From NCBI RefSeq assembly GCF_018350175.1, contig NC_058383.1:17238001-17302000 (forward strand): a stretch of DNA of 64,000 nt, in the 5' to 3' direction. Below are positions 36,431-49,600 of this stretch, in pieces; position 1 is the first letter of the stretch; each line of letters starts with the position of its first letter. The DNA comes from Felis catus. Taxonomy: Eukaryota. The notes under the pieces are model-generated. The model was not told where the DNA came from, ran no database searches, and saw only the letters and a list, made by a program, of their open reading frames with translations. The position numbers and the translations under genes are program-made.

Positions 36431-36652
36431 TTTTTTTTAATTTTTTTTTCAACATTTATTTATTTTTGGGACAGAGAGAGACAGAGCATGAACGGGGGAG
36501 GGGCAGAGAGAGAGGGAGACACAGAATCGGAAACAGGCTCCAGGCTCTGAGCCATCAGCCCAGAGCCTGACGCGGGGCTCGAACTCACGGACCGCGAGAT
36601 CGTGACCTGGCTGAAGTCGGATGCTTAACCGACTGCGCCACCCAGGCGCCCT
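36431..36652 (-). mobile_element. Young felid Can-SINE
   Basis: Near-identical to 14405-14643; TSD TTTTATTTACTTA. Confidence 0.92.
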
Positions 36653-38056
36653 TTTATTTACTTATTTTTAATTTCAAGAATATATTTTATTTAACCTAAT
36701 GTATCCAAGATACTATCATTTGACATGTAACCAATTTGAAAATTATTAATGTGGGGCATCCTACTGACATAGACCATGCAACTCTTGATTTCAGGGTAGT
36801 GAGTTTAAGCCCTATATTGGGCATAGAGCTAACTTTTAAAAAAATTTATTGGAGTGCCTGGATGGCTCAATCAGTTAAGCGTCCGACCCTTGATTTCAGC
36901 TCAGGTCATGATCTCATGGCTCATGAGTTCAAGCCCCATGTCTCTGTGCTAACAGCTTGGAGCCTGCTTGGAATTCTCTCTCTGCCCCTCCCCTACTCTG
37001 TCACACATTCTCTCTCTCTCTCTCTCTCTTTCTCAAAAATAAATAAATTTTTTAAAAATATATTAATGAAGAGTACCTGGGTGGCTCAGTAGGTTAAGCA
37101 TCCGACTTCAGCTCAGGTCATGATCTCACAGCTCATGGGTTCGAGCCCCATGTCGGGCTCTGTGCTGACAGCTCAGAGCCTGGAGACTGCTTCAGATTCT
37201 GTGCCCCCCTCTCTCTCTGCACCTTCCCCGCTCACACTCTCTCAAAAAATAAATAAACATTAAAAAAATTAATTATTAACAAAATATTTTACATTCTCTT
37301 TTTCATACTAAGTCTTTGAAATCAAGTGTGTATATTACATGTAGGGCAAATCTCATTTCAGAATAGCCTCAAATCAGGTGCTCAAGAGCCACATGTTTAT
37401 AGTGGCTATCAAATGGGATAGCACAGCTCTATAATCTCAATGATCTTATAATAGATGAATATTAAAGATTGTCTTATTAAGCCTTGTTGATTAACTATAG
37501 ACTTGTGCTTATGTGCTTGATCAAAATCCTAGGAAAATGCAGAATTTAGGGAGAAAAAAGAACTCTGTTATTTAAGCAGAGCATTCTTGTATTTGTCACC
37601 CTACAAAAGTTTTATTTATGAACTGAAACTCCCATTCCTTTTAATAATTTCTTAAATCCCAAAGCAGTGTCCAGATAAACAATGAATTGCAGTCTCAAAA
37701 GCATAAGTAAACCTTAAATATGACAAGTCTTTGAACTTGTCTCCAAGCTCTGAGGCTCATTTTTTCTTGAATACTTGAAGTGCTTGCATGTTACATGCTG
37801 GCCCACTTAGGAAGATACCCCAGGCTTCCTGGCACCTCAGAGGCTTAACCTAGGAACATTACACAGGCTATAATCATTTAGGCCTCTCAGAAAGAGATAA
37901 GTTTTATTATCTTTTGGATCATAGCAATTGACTACACAGATGACTACAGATTTTACCCTCAAGGTATTGAAAAGTCTTAAGAAGCTACCAGGGCTTTTTA
38001 TGAGAATGCTGAGAAACCCAGGGAAGTTTGATTTCCCCAAACAGGAGGTGTGTGTC

Positions 38057-38101
38057 GGGGCGGGGGGCGGGGGGGGGGGGGGGGCGGGGAGAGGGGGGGG
38101 G
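38057..38101 (+). repeat. G-rich tract (potential G-quadruplex)
   Basis: GGGGCGGGGGGCGGGGGGGGGGGGGGGGCGGGGAGAGGGGGGGG. Confidence 0.8.
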
Positions 38102-39326
38102 AACAAGAGCATATCTGGAGCTGGTCTCTAAAACCACAAACCACTTTACTTCCACTCAAAAGTCAAGAGGCCCCTGCATGGCTCAGTCGGTTAGGTATTC
38201 AACTCCGGCTCAGGTCATGATCACTCAGCTCGTGAGTTCAAGCCCTGCATCTGGCTCTGTGTTGACAGCTCAGAGCCTGGAGCCTGCTTCAGATTCTGGG
38301 TCTCCCTCTCTCTCTGCCCCTCCCCCATTCACACTCTGTCTCTTTCTCAAAAATAAAAATAAAAAGTCAACATACTGAATATAGATCTCACCTGGAGTTT
38401 TCATCACTGCCAGGCTGAGGCTAAAGGTTTTGGTCAATAGGAGTTGATGCCCAGGACAAGGAGGACAGTCAACTCAATCCCTCTTCATAAATGGGCCAGA
38501 TTTGACAATGTAGACATTGATTGTCTACAGCAGTTTGGAGGATAAGAAGGGGCCAGGAACAAACAATATCTAGAGGAGGAAGAAGTAAGGACTTGTATGG
38601 CTAACCCTAAGAAGCTCTGTGAGGTCCCTGGGGCCCAGAGCTCAGAGGGGACAGATTTCAGCTTGCCCTAAGGGGAGCTTCCCAATGGCTGAAGTCATAA
38701 ATGCCATCAGAGGTAAGACCTCCTTGTACTGGATAAATGCAGAAAGAAGGCAGAAATCCCCCAATCAGGGCCAGGGCAGAAGCAGGTCCTGAATGCTGAT
38801 ATCACAGACTCATACTGGGTGTCCCCAGGAAGATCGCCTGCCTCTCTGGGCTCCAACACCTTCAGCCACAATATAAGGATACATAGGATAATAATACCAT
38901 CCCTGTAGGGTTGTTATGAGGATTAAACCAGATATTATATTAAAACGCCAGGGACAGTATGCTGGCACCCAGGGGCTTACGAGGCAGTGACTGCCACCAT
39001 CAAATCTTGACTCTGCTCTTTCCTCATGTGACTTTGGGCAAGTCATTTAATCTGATTTTCTCATTTATAAAATGGGAATCATGTAAGGATTTTTATTAAG
39101 ACTCTTAGATTGTTATGAAGATTCAACAAGCTAATTCATATAAAGCGCTCAGAACGATGTCAGGCCCATAGGAAATGTTCAGTAAACATTGGCTATTGAT
39201 ATTACAATTATTATTACTAAGTATTCCAATGAATCTTCCCTACAACCCTGTAAGGCCAATAACATCATCCCTACTCCAGAGACTGGGGGAAGTGAGGCTC
39301 AGAAACCTTAACAATGACAAAATCAC

Positions 39327-39649
39327 GCCATTTGCAACTATATGGATGGAACTGGAGGCTATTGTGCTAAGCGAAATTAGTCAGAGAAAGACAAATATCA
39401 TGACTTCACTCATGTGAGGACTTTAAGATACAAAACAGATGAATATAAGGGAAGGGAAGCAAAAATAATATAAAAACAGGGAGGGGACAAAACATAAGAG
39501 ACTCTTAAAAAAAGGGTTACTGGGGAGGTTGTGGGAAAGGGGGTGGGCTAAATGGGTAAGGGGCAGTAAGGAATCCACTCCTGAAATCATTGTTGCACTA
39601 TATGCTAACTAACTTGGATGTAAATTTTAAAAAATAAATTAAAAAAAAA
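39327..39649 (+). mobile_element. Short carnivore L1 3' end with poly(A) and TSD
   Basis: PFATIWMELEAIVLSEISQ ORF2 terminus, 3' UTR and A tail; TSD AATGACAAAATCAC at 39313-39326 and 39650-39663. Confidence 0.9.
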
Positions 39650-42379
39650 AATGACAAAATCACCTACCATGTGCCAGGCCTGTTCCAAGTACTTTACCAT
39701 TCTTAACCCATTTATAACCTCATAACTTCATTTATAACCTTGTAACACCCCAGCATTGTTCCTATTTTACAAGGAAGCAATGAGGCACAAGATTAATAAT
39801 GTTCTAGCAGTCTATGGTCCTTCTGGCTGCAGAAGAAGCAATCTGGTTCCAGCAATCAAAGGTCACTTTTGTTGGGGGTGGGGGGGCAGCACACCCAGGA
39901 GGCACCTTACCAGTACCAATAGCTCTGGCTCTAGTCCAGGGGGCAAGGGTGGGCCTGAGGTAAGACCTGGAGGTTCTTTCCTGCCAGAGATCAAAGCTCA
40001 GAGCTCTCTTTGAGCACTTCCCCCAGAAAAGGAGGTATTGAGGGAGAAGAGATTATCATGGCTTCCCAGAGAAATCCTCACCTATTCCTCACCTCCCCAG
40101 ATGGAAATCACCCTGACAAGTAGGCTCTGCCTTTATCTCCGTGGGAGACCCTGGCCAACTCATTGCCCTTCTCAGGGTCCTGATTCCCTATGGGCTGATG
40201 AGGTGAATGCATTAATGTTACAGATCGCAGACCTCAGAGACGGGCTGTGACCTCCCTAAGTCACACAGCTAAGAGAGGATCTGGGAATTGAATCTGAGTG
40301 GGTCTGACACCACTCATTTCCTGCTTTTCCCACTATTCCACAATCTTCTGAATGTACTAGTTCTAGAGCTTTCTGCAAAAAGGAGGAAGTTAATATCATT
40401 ATTATAATATCTGCCCTCCATATTTGTGGACAGTCCAAAGGAGGAATAAATTTCCATATACATAATCTCTCCAAGCCATTTATCAATTTTTGAGGGGAGT
40501 GAGACTTTTAGGACTTTTAGGTGGTTGGAATTTGGGCCTATGGGCCAGATGGTTCAATCTGTGTTTCCTTGTTTACTACCACTGTCAGCTTCCAGAGTAA
40601 TTTTATTATTTAATTCTTAAATTTTAATTAATTTAATTAAAATTTCTAAATTAAAAAATTAATTTCTTAAATTTTATTATTTCTTGGAAAAAGTGACTAC
40701 TCTGAAAAATTCAGTTTTTTCCTCTGCAAAGCAGGTAAATACACACAGCTCACAGGGCTGTTTGGAGGTTTAAATGAGATCATGTATGTTAAGTGCTTAG
40801 CACAGTGCCTAGAACATAGTAAATTCCAAAGAATGGAAGTTGTTATTACAATTATTACTGCCTCCCACCAGCACTTACCATGTGGTTGTGCATCTAGTAG
40901 ATGCTTAATACATCTTAGAGTAAAATAGATTCTCCAAAAACTTTGTTCCTTTCTGAGTTCACATCCACCTGCCAAAAAGTGTCCTTATTCTCACTGAGCT
41001 CCAGCCTGAAACCACTGGAAGGAGGGAGACTTCCAGTTCTAGGAGAGGAATAGCTGTTTTTCCAGCCACTCCTCTCCTTCCCTATGACATCACACCAAAA
41101 GGCTAACACTTGCTCTGAGGAGACGTTGGGTGAAAATCACAGCCTGGATCTTCTGTGTCCCAGGCAGAATGTGTGTGTAAGCAAAAACATGACTGGGGTT
41201 GGACACCAGGAACAAGCTGGGCTCAAAAGGGTCCTGGGTAGTCACATGTAGGAACAAGGGAAGAACAAAATGTCACACCACCATGACACACATCCTCAAT
41301 CTGATCACCTCCAAAAAAGCCACTTGTGAGAAGCCCACCCTCTACTCCTAGTCACAACTCATACTCCCCCAGAAGCAATTTCCTGCAGCCCCACAGTTTC
41401 CATTGAAATATGTTACATGGAGGGGGCACGTGGGTGGCTCAGTCAGTTAAGGTCTGACTTCAGCTCAGGTCATGATCTCAAGGTTCATGAGTCCGAGCCC
41501 TGCATGGGGCTCTCTGCTGTCAGTGCAGAGCCTGCTTCGGATCCTCTGTGTCCCTCTCTATCTGCCCCTCCCCATCCCTGGGCTCACCTGCTCACTCTCT
41601 CTCTCTCTCAAAAATAAAATAAACACTAAAAAAAAAAAAAAAAAAAGGAATATGTTACATTAAGTTTACTTAAAGCCAAGGCCATCCCATCCAAACAGGG
41701 GTTTAAGAGATACAGTCAGGGGCGCCTGGGTGGCTTGGTTGGTTAAGCATCCAACTTCGGTTCAGGTCATGATCTCACGGTCCATGAGTTTGAGCCCAGC
41801 GTCGGGCTCTGTGCTGACAGCTCAGAGCCTGGAGCCTGTTTCACATTCTGTGTCCCCCTCTCTCTCTGCTCCTCCACTGTTCATGCTCTGTCTCAAAAAT
41901 AAATAAATGTAAAAAAAAAAAAAAAAGTAACTGCTTTCTTTAAAAAAAAAGAGAGAGATAAAGTCAAATGGCCATGTGGTCAAGAGGATCCCTGCTCTAT
42001 GTAGGGGTTGAATCAGGCAATCGTTTTTAAAATTCCATTGTTCAAAAATCCAAAGCATTAAAGATTCTAACAAATGTGAAAAGAGCAGGTTTCTATGATT
42101 CTAGATTCCAGAATTCTTTTGTCATTCTATAAAAGCTTATAATGGTTAGAACTATGCCAAGCCCTGTGGTAGGTGCTGGTGACCACAGAGGGTCCTCAAG
42201 GAGCTCTCACTCTGGTGGGAAAACAGAGTGAACAGACACACTGTATGATAAAGGTATCATAAAGGCATCCTGCAGATACATAAAGGAATAGTTTTGTGCA
42301 GAGACGACAGAAAAATCAACAGGGAAGAGTAGACAGAGGACAAATTCAGAAGCTAGACAGACAAGCTATATGATCCCCT

Positions 42380-42500
42380 CAGCTATATGACTTTGGGCAA
42401 GTCCTTCAACCTCTCTGAGCCTCAGTCTTCTCACCTGTAAAATGGAGCTACTAGCCCCTGTCCCAAGGGGATTGTTGTCAGGATTAGAAATAACGTATGA
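42380..42500 (+). mobile_element. MIR remnant
   Basis: Core motif TGACTTTGGGCAAGTC...AACCTCTCTGAGCCTCAGTCTTCTCACCTGTAAAATGG; other MIRs at ~1050-1110, ~39020-39200 and ~40700-40830. Confidence 0.75.
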
Positions 42501-45179
42501 TCACAACCTAAAGCGGTTCTCAAAATTTTGTTATTTCTTTGAAAAAGTGACTACTGATGAATGTTGGGACAAGCAGGAACTCATCAAGCAGACCAGATGG
42601 GAAAAGAGGCCAAGCAGAGAACAGGTGCTGCATGTGGAGAGAAGTCCAGAGGCCAAAAAGATAGAAGGTGCAGCTGAGGCGGTTAGCAAGGGCCTTGAAG
42701 GCCAAGCTGAGGAGCTTGGACTTGATTCTGAGGACACTAGGGAGTCACAGAGTTCTGAGCAAGAGGGGCAAGATCAGTGTGTAGGCTGGGAAGATGTAGC
42801 CTTTGGGCCACAGTGTACAAAATGAGTTGGAGGGGCGCCTAGGTAACTCAGTCGGTCAAGCCTCCAACTCTGACTCTTGATTTCAACTCAGGTCATGATC
42901 TCACAGTCCTGAGATCAAGCCCCAAATAGGGCTCCTCATTGAGCATGGTGCCTGTTTGGGATTCTCTCTCTCCCTCTATCTGCCCCTCCCCCACTCTCTC
43001 CCATGCACGTACTCTCAAAATAAACATTTTTTAAAAATGAGTTGGATATTCTGAAAAGATAAAGACCAGTGAAGAAGAACAATAATAAACAGCCATAAGT
43101 CAGGTGGCTCAGTCAGTTAAGCATCCGACTCTTGATTTTGACTCAGGTCATGACCTCACTACTCGTGAGATGGAGCCCCATGCTGCATTGAGGAACCTGC
43201 TTGGGATTGTCTCTCTCCCTCTCTCTCTGCCCGTCCCCTGCTCACTTCCTCTCTCTCCCTCTCTCTCCCTCTCTCTCTCTCAAAATAAATAAAATAAACT
43301 TTAAAAAATAAAAAATAGGGGCAACTGAGTGGTTCAGTCATTTAAGCATCTGACTTCGGTTCAGGTCATGATCTTGTGGCTTATGGGTTCTAGCTTCATG
43401 TCGGGCTCTGTGCTGACCACTCGAAGCCTGGAGCCTGCTTCAGATTCTGTGTCTCCCTCCCCCTCTGTCCCTCCCCCATTAACACTCTATCTCCCTCTCT
43501 CTCTCTCTCTCAAAAATAAACATTTTAAAAATACAATACAATAAATAAACAGCCATCAGCCAAGGAACACTGGCTATTGGGCCACAAGTGCCAGCCATGG
43601 TGAGGATAATGGCACATAATACACCCAGACCATGTGAGTGCAACATGCAGGAGGATGGAGAGTGGACCCTGCTACTGTGCTGGAAAGTCTTGAACAGGTA
43701 ACAGGTTGCAGGTAACAATGGCCTCATTTATCCCTTCATTCAGCGAGTCATCACTGAGCATCTACTAGGTACTCTTGATGCTGGGGATTCGGCAATGAAC
43801 AAGACAGACAAGGTCTCTGACCTCACTGAGCTCACATTCTGATGGGGAGATGGATGTCCAATAAATGAATAAATGTACATGTCAGGGTCACATCAGTAAA
43901 AGGAAAGGTGATTGTTACAACCGAATTGAAATGGAAAAATGAAGGATTCCAACATCCACCTAAGAAGGAGAGCCAGGATTCAAACTAGGAACTGTACAGC
44001 TTCAAGTCCATGGTCTTTTAGCTCCTAGCAGCTGCCTCCCTTTGAACATTTAGATGCAAAGCACACCCTCCAGTTACCAGTATCCTCCTTTTAGCCACAA
44101 GGCCCCTTCATTCATTACTGATTCCACAAAGATTTATCGAACAACCATCATAGGCCAAGCGCTGTCTTAGATGCTGTGGATATAAGTGTCTGCACAAGCA
44201 TGATTTACAGACTGGCAAAGAAGATTGATGCTAAACAAATCCACATAATTACAATTTAGTCACAATTGCTATGAGAGCAGGTGTTATGAACTAGTCTGGG
44301 AGGGATTCCAAACCTGGCCTTCCAGAGGAAGTGACATTTAACTGGAGCCCTAAAGTCTCAAGAATTTATAAGGCAAAGAGTGAAGGAAGAGACTTCCAGA
44401 GACAGGGAACAACACATGAAAGGCTTGTAGAAGCAAAGGAGTCTGGCACATTTAAAGAACTGAGAGGCCAATATGGTTGAAACTCAGAGATGGAGGGAGA
44501 GCAGGGTGTGACACAAGACAAGGCTAGTGAGGTCTGCGGGCACCAGACCAGCAGGGCCTTCCCAGACACAGTAAAGGCAACTTAAAGATTTGGGGCATAG
44601 CTTGGGCTCCGATGCCTATCCATGCCACCTTTCATTTGCTCTTCTAGATCAAGCCCCCTGGGCCCAGAGTGGCTCTCCACCTATGACTTTCCCTCATGAA
44701 TTTTCTCAACTATTCATCACAAGTGTCTCATCATCACTTCCCTAGAAATTCAGCTCCTGAGACCAAATCCAGGCTGCCCCAGCATTTGGCAAGGTTTGAG
44801 AGGCCATCAGGTAGCCCATGTTATGCTGGAATACTTACCAAGTGGATGCGTGTTATCCCATTTTACAGATAAGAAAACTGAGGCACATACAGAAAAAGCA
44901 CACACAGCTATTCTCTACCCCTTTTTTTTTACATCTCATTTCTCCCCAGCATGTGGGATTTGGTAAGCTACATGGTTCTGGATGTTAGGGTTCTACGATT
45001 CTAAAGATTCTATGACACGTAAGAGAGGATGTTAAGATTCAGGGAAACGTGGAGATTTTAGCGTTCTAGAATTCCAAGATTGTAAGACTTGGTGCTTCAA
45101 AAACCCAGGTTCCTGGTCGGTGCTAGCTACTGCAAACCTGGAGATGCAGGCGCTACCCCATGAGCCCCTCTCTTTGCCA

Positions 45180-45720
45180 GTCTCCGGGGTCTCACCTTGC
45201 GCGTCAGCTGGAGGACGCGATCCTGACGCCCCCCAATGGCCAGGCTACAGTCTGCAGGCCTTGGTGTGTAGGAACCAATGGGGTAGTCCGGCACTCTGTG
45301 CCCCAGGGTACCGGGCTGGGGCAAAGGCGGTTATTGGGAGAAGGCGGGGAGTTCCAGGTCCCGCCCCGGAGCAGACTTCCTGGTCCGCAGACAATCCAGG
45401 AGAGCGACTGCAGCAGGGGACCCGGGAGCCATGGGGTGCACTCGCGACGCCATCCTGGACGCACTGGAGAACCTGACTGCAGAGGAGTTCAAGAAGTTCA
45501 AGCTGAAGCTGCTTTCAGTGCCCCTGCGCGAAGGCTATGGGCGCATCCCGCGGGGGCCCCTGCTGTCCATGGACGCCATGGACCTCACAGACAAGCTGGT
45601 CTCTTCCTATCTGGAAGAGTACGGCGCAGAGCTCACGGCGCTCGTGCTGCGCGACATTGGCATGAAAGAGCTATCAGAGCGGCTGCAACAGATCACGCGC
45701 AAAGGTGAGCACTCTCCCTC
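45180..45720 (+). promoter_or_regulatory. PYCARD promoter / CpG island
   Basis: CpG-rich; GC boxes (AGGCGGGG ~45341, CCCGCCCC ~45360), CCAAT (~45233, ~45274) and an ETS-like ACTTCCTG (~45375) upstream of the ATG. Confidence 0.65.
45431..45704 (+). CDS. PYCARD: PYCARD exon 1 (pyrin domain)
   Basis: Kozak gccATGG; AAAG|GTGAGC donor at 45705. Confidence 0.97.
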
Positions 45721-46522
45721 CACGCTCTGGAGGGGCCCCAATCGCTGGGCCTCCTACATGCCCACACTACACCACCCCCACTCGAACGTTTGCCCCTTTG
45801 GGTTCTTTCGCTTTCTGTTCCTCCTACGGACTAAAATTGCAAAAACTCCTCCTCCTGACCTCCTGTGCTTGGCCCTGATCTTGGCTTCTTGACCAAGGGG
45901 CCCCTGCCAGAGACTGGAGATAAGGTAGGAGGCAAAGGGGACCACTTGACTAATTTCCTTACAGACCAGGCAGCCGCACCTGCTGGGATCCAGGATTCTC
46001 ACCTGAAGGCAGCCAAGCCAGGTGAGGCCTCCACACCCAACCTTTCCAGCCACACCCCACCACACACCCCACCCCTGCAGGCCTGCAGCTGTATCCCACA
46101 GCCAGGAACACTGAAGAAGGTTGGGCCCTACCCTTCCCACGCACCTACATGCCCCTTTGGCCACCTCTGGTGGGAGGGGGCTCAGGGGAGGGAGAGATCA
46201 ACAAAACAGGCCCCAGTATCTGCCCTGGGAACTGGCTCATCTGCTTTCCTCCATCCTGCCCCCAGCAATGCACTTTGTGGACCAGCACCGGACGGCCCTT
46301 ATCACACGGGTCACAGATGTGGACGGGGTGCTGGATGCCCTGTACGGAAAGGTCCTGACAGAGGAGCTGTACCAGGCAGTGCGAGCAGAGCCCACCAATG
46401 CACTGAAGATGAGGAAGCTCTTCAGCTTCACTCCAGCCTGGAACGTGACCTGCAAAGATCTGCTCCTTCAGGCCCTGAGGGACACCCAGCCCTACCTGGT
46501 GCTTGACCTGGAGCAAAGCTGA
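45431..46522 (+). CDS. PYCARD: PYD and CARD domain containing protein (ASC/TMS1); complete CDS in 3 exons
   Basis: Exons 45431-45704 (274 nt), 45965-46021 (57), 46266-46522 (257); total 588 nt = 195 aa + stop. [27 protein letters not shown]...[26 protein letters not shown]...LVLDLEQS. Confidence 0.98.
45965..46021 (+). CDS. PYCARD: PYCARD exon 2 (PYD-CARD linker)
   Basis: ttccttacag|ACCAGG...GCCAG|gtgagg; 57-nt phase-1 symmetric exon. Confidence 0.92.
46266..46522 (+). CDS. PYCARD: PYCARD exon 3 coding part (CARD)
   Basis: cctgcccccag|CAATGCACTTTGTGGAC...; TGA at 46520-46522. Confidence 0.96.
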
Positions 46523-46602
46523 GGTATCTTCGCCAGCAGTGGCCCCATGTACAACCCCTGGCAGTTCCAGCCAACTTACCCCATATGATTTTTCTTATGC
46601 AT

Positions 46603-46608
46603 AATAGA
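46603..46608 (+). terminator. Candidate non-canonical PYCARD poly(A) signal AATAGA
   Basis: About 80 nt after the stop and followed ~20 nt later by a GU/U-rich element (TTGTGTGTTTTT); no AATAAA nearby. Confidence 0.4.
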
Positions 46609-49600
46609 GGAAAATCCAGCTCGTACTTGTGTGTTTTTCCTACTCCCAGCCTGAAGGTACCTACAGAGCTAAGCTACTTCCACAGAGGCCAAGTGAAGGC
46701 CTGTTCCTAGGGCAGCCGGCTCCCCAAACACTTCATCCTTCCTGCCTCAGTCACCATGAAATACCCCTCATTTACCATTTGGTAGCTCCTCCAGTGCTCT
46801 TCAGAGTCTGTCCTTGAGGTCATAGTTAGCCCTGCGGCCAAGGTCTAAAAGTTAAGAGAGGTGTGTACAAAGGGTCTGAAACTGAAACGGTTTGGCCTTG
46901 TCAGAGACATTTATCAGCAGACTAGCCTACAATAGCTTCTTTCATGTTTTCCTTTGGGAAAAAAATACTGTAAAATTAGAGCACTTTTCAAGGGCAGAGA
47001 CAGAGTATCCTCTAAACAGAATAGAATGGGGCACCTGGGTGACTCAGTTAAGCATCTAACTCTTGATTTTGGCTCAGGTAACGATCTTACAGTTCATGAG
47101 TTTTGAGCCCCACGTTACTCTGCACTGACTGCATGAAGCCTGCTTAGGATTGTCTCCTGTCTGCCCCTCCCCTGCGCACACTCAGGCACTCTCTCTCAAA
47201 AACATACATTAAAAAAAAAAAAAAAAAAAAAAAAAAACAGAAGAGCACAAGAAATCAAGCATAATTCTAGGGTTCCTTCTGGGACTGGCACGGCCTTCAG
47301 CAGGCTTAATTGCCCCCTCTGTTCCCTCCCCACCTTGGAGGAAGGGGTTAAAGATTACACTTTGCCCAGAAAACATGCCAACCACAAAAGCAAGACTTTG
47401 GAAGTTGAGTTCTAGTAGCCATTTCTTCTTTTCATTGAATTTTTGCCTACAGAGGAACATATATTTTTCTCTAGGAAACCGCACTTAAGCAGCCTTCTTC
47501 AAAGGCTGTCAGGGAACCAAGATCCTAGAACTACACCCTAAGTACACATTGCACCCAAATTCTGGCTTTGAGACAGGATGGGGGAGGTTAAGCACAACAG
47601 GCTGGCACACCAGCCCAGTATCCCATTCTTAGGGGTTAGATCATCAGACACAGGATCCAGGTATGCGTGTACAATGTGGCTGCTTCTGTGCCACTCACAA
47701 TGATACACAAGTTCACAAGGAAAAGCTGTGCAGACTTCACTCTGAATACCCTCACCTAGAGGACACAAGAACTCCCTCAGAGGTGTGTGCACAATATCCT
47801 GAACAGTCTGTATTAACATGACCCTATCCTGATCTACTGGATCACCAGAGCAACAGGAGAAAGCAAGTACGTAGTTGGCTATAAGAAGCTACCAAGCTAA
47901 GATGTGGCCTCTGTCAGGGCCACCCAGTCACATGGGACTAATGCTACTTGGGACTCCAGAAGAGCAGAGCTTTCCCAAAGCAGCAATCACCCCTAACACT
48001 CAGTTTCCTGTGGGCTCATCATTCTTAAGCCAGCTACCCCATACAATAAATGTTAATGGTCCCCATTCCATACTCAACCCTTTCCATACTCAACCCTGAG
48101 ATGTGTTCACTTATGTTCTGCAAGGACCTCACCATGTTCAAACTGAAGTGGTCTTCCTTTCACCATCCCTGGATCTTGACATGAGGTGGTATCAGCGTAA
48201 AAAGAAAACAAGAAATCCTAGCATGTTCCATAAAAGTCCAGATTTAGTCTTGCTTGATGCTACTAGCTCTTCCAAGACTAACATCCAGGTGGGCAAGGCT
48301 GGCTCAGTCATTGGAGCATGCGACTCTTTTGATCTCAAGGTAATGAGTTCAAGCCCCATGTTGGGCATGGAGACTATGTTAGGAAAAAAAAAAAAAAAAA
48401 AAAATCCAAGACTAACTTACATCCATCCAACCGCCTTCTTTCTCAACCTCACTGCTGCCACCTGGCTTATGCCTAACATCTCACCTGCGACAGGCTCTCT
48501 ACCTCTAGTCTACCTTCAAGGGCTGGAATGATTAAAACTGATCATGGAGATGACGGCTTCACTTCTAACATTAGGACACCTAAACTCTTCCAGCCTGGCC
48601 CTTCAAGACTCCATCCAACCTCTATCTCCCTTTCACATATCCCATGATCCCAAAAATATTTATTTGCTCACCCCAATCCCTAGAACACGCTGGTCCCTTA
48701 ACTATGACACCTTGAAACTTCTACCTGTCCTAGCATGCCCACAGGCATGCCTTTGTCTGCGTTCCAGTAGCTCTTCCATGTCACTATGGTAAAGCAAACC
48801 ATGTTGGTTTGTTCTTACTTAAGATCCTCCCATTAGACTGACCCCCCCCCCCATAAAAAAGACAGCTTTCCAACAAGTGCCTTGCATACAGAAAGTAATA
48901 AATGGTAGCTTGTTTATCTCTAGAGGGTTTGTTCTAAAACTCCACATGAACCTAAGGAGTCTCAGCAGATGGGAGCATAGCCAGCATTTGCTTGCACAAC
49001 AGAGATCCTTAAAAACAAGTTACAAAAACCAGCACAGGGGTGCCTAGGTGGTTCAGTTAAGTGACCAACTTTTGCTTTTCAGCTCAGGTCATAATCTCAT
49101 GGTTTGAGTTTGAGCCCTGTGTGGGGTTGCGTGTGGACTTGAGCCTGCTTGGGATTCTCTCCCTCCCCCCACCCCCCACACTTGCTCTCTACTCAAATAG
49201 TAAAAAGAAAAAAAACTGCAAGCCTGAGACAAAAGAAATGGTTCTAAGAAACTGCTCCTGAAGTCAAAATTTCTCCAGAGCTTTTTTCCCCTTGGGGTGC
49301 CAGGGAGAAGCATGGGAGAACTGAATCCTGCCTTAAGTCTGGTTTTTTAATGCTTTTAATACTTACTTTTGAGGTGGGGAATGGCAGAGAGGGAGACAGA
49401 ATCCCAAGCAGACTCCATGGTCTCAGGTACAGCTCAGTTTGGGGCTTGAACTTGTAAACCACGAGGTCATGACCTAGGCCGAGATCAATAATCTGCCGCC
49501 TAACCAACTGAGGCACCCAAGGCACCCCCTGCCTGAAGTCTTTAAGCACGGTACAACATAGTAGTCAAAGACACAAGTTCTACAGCCAAAGGACATAAAC

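Noticed and set aside
44990..45090. Degenerate (A)GATTCTA repeats upstream of PYCARD as a heat-shock element array
   Set aside because: No three correctly spaced nGAAn units; similar low-complexity runs occur at ~42060-42150.
45705..45892. 153-aa ORF suggesting a PYD-only PYCARD product
   Set aside because: It runs through a strong GTGAGC donor into intron 1; the sequence gives no evidence for intron retention.
45865..46506. 213-aa ORF overlapping PYCARD exons 2-3
   Set aside because: Starts at a non-ATG codon in intron 1, crosses intron 2 and reads exon 3 out of frame.
47538..47819. 93-aa minus-strand ORF in unique sequence downstream of PYCARD
   Set aside because: No recognisable domain, splice structure or retrocopy hallmarks.
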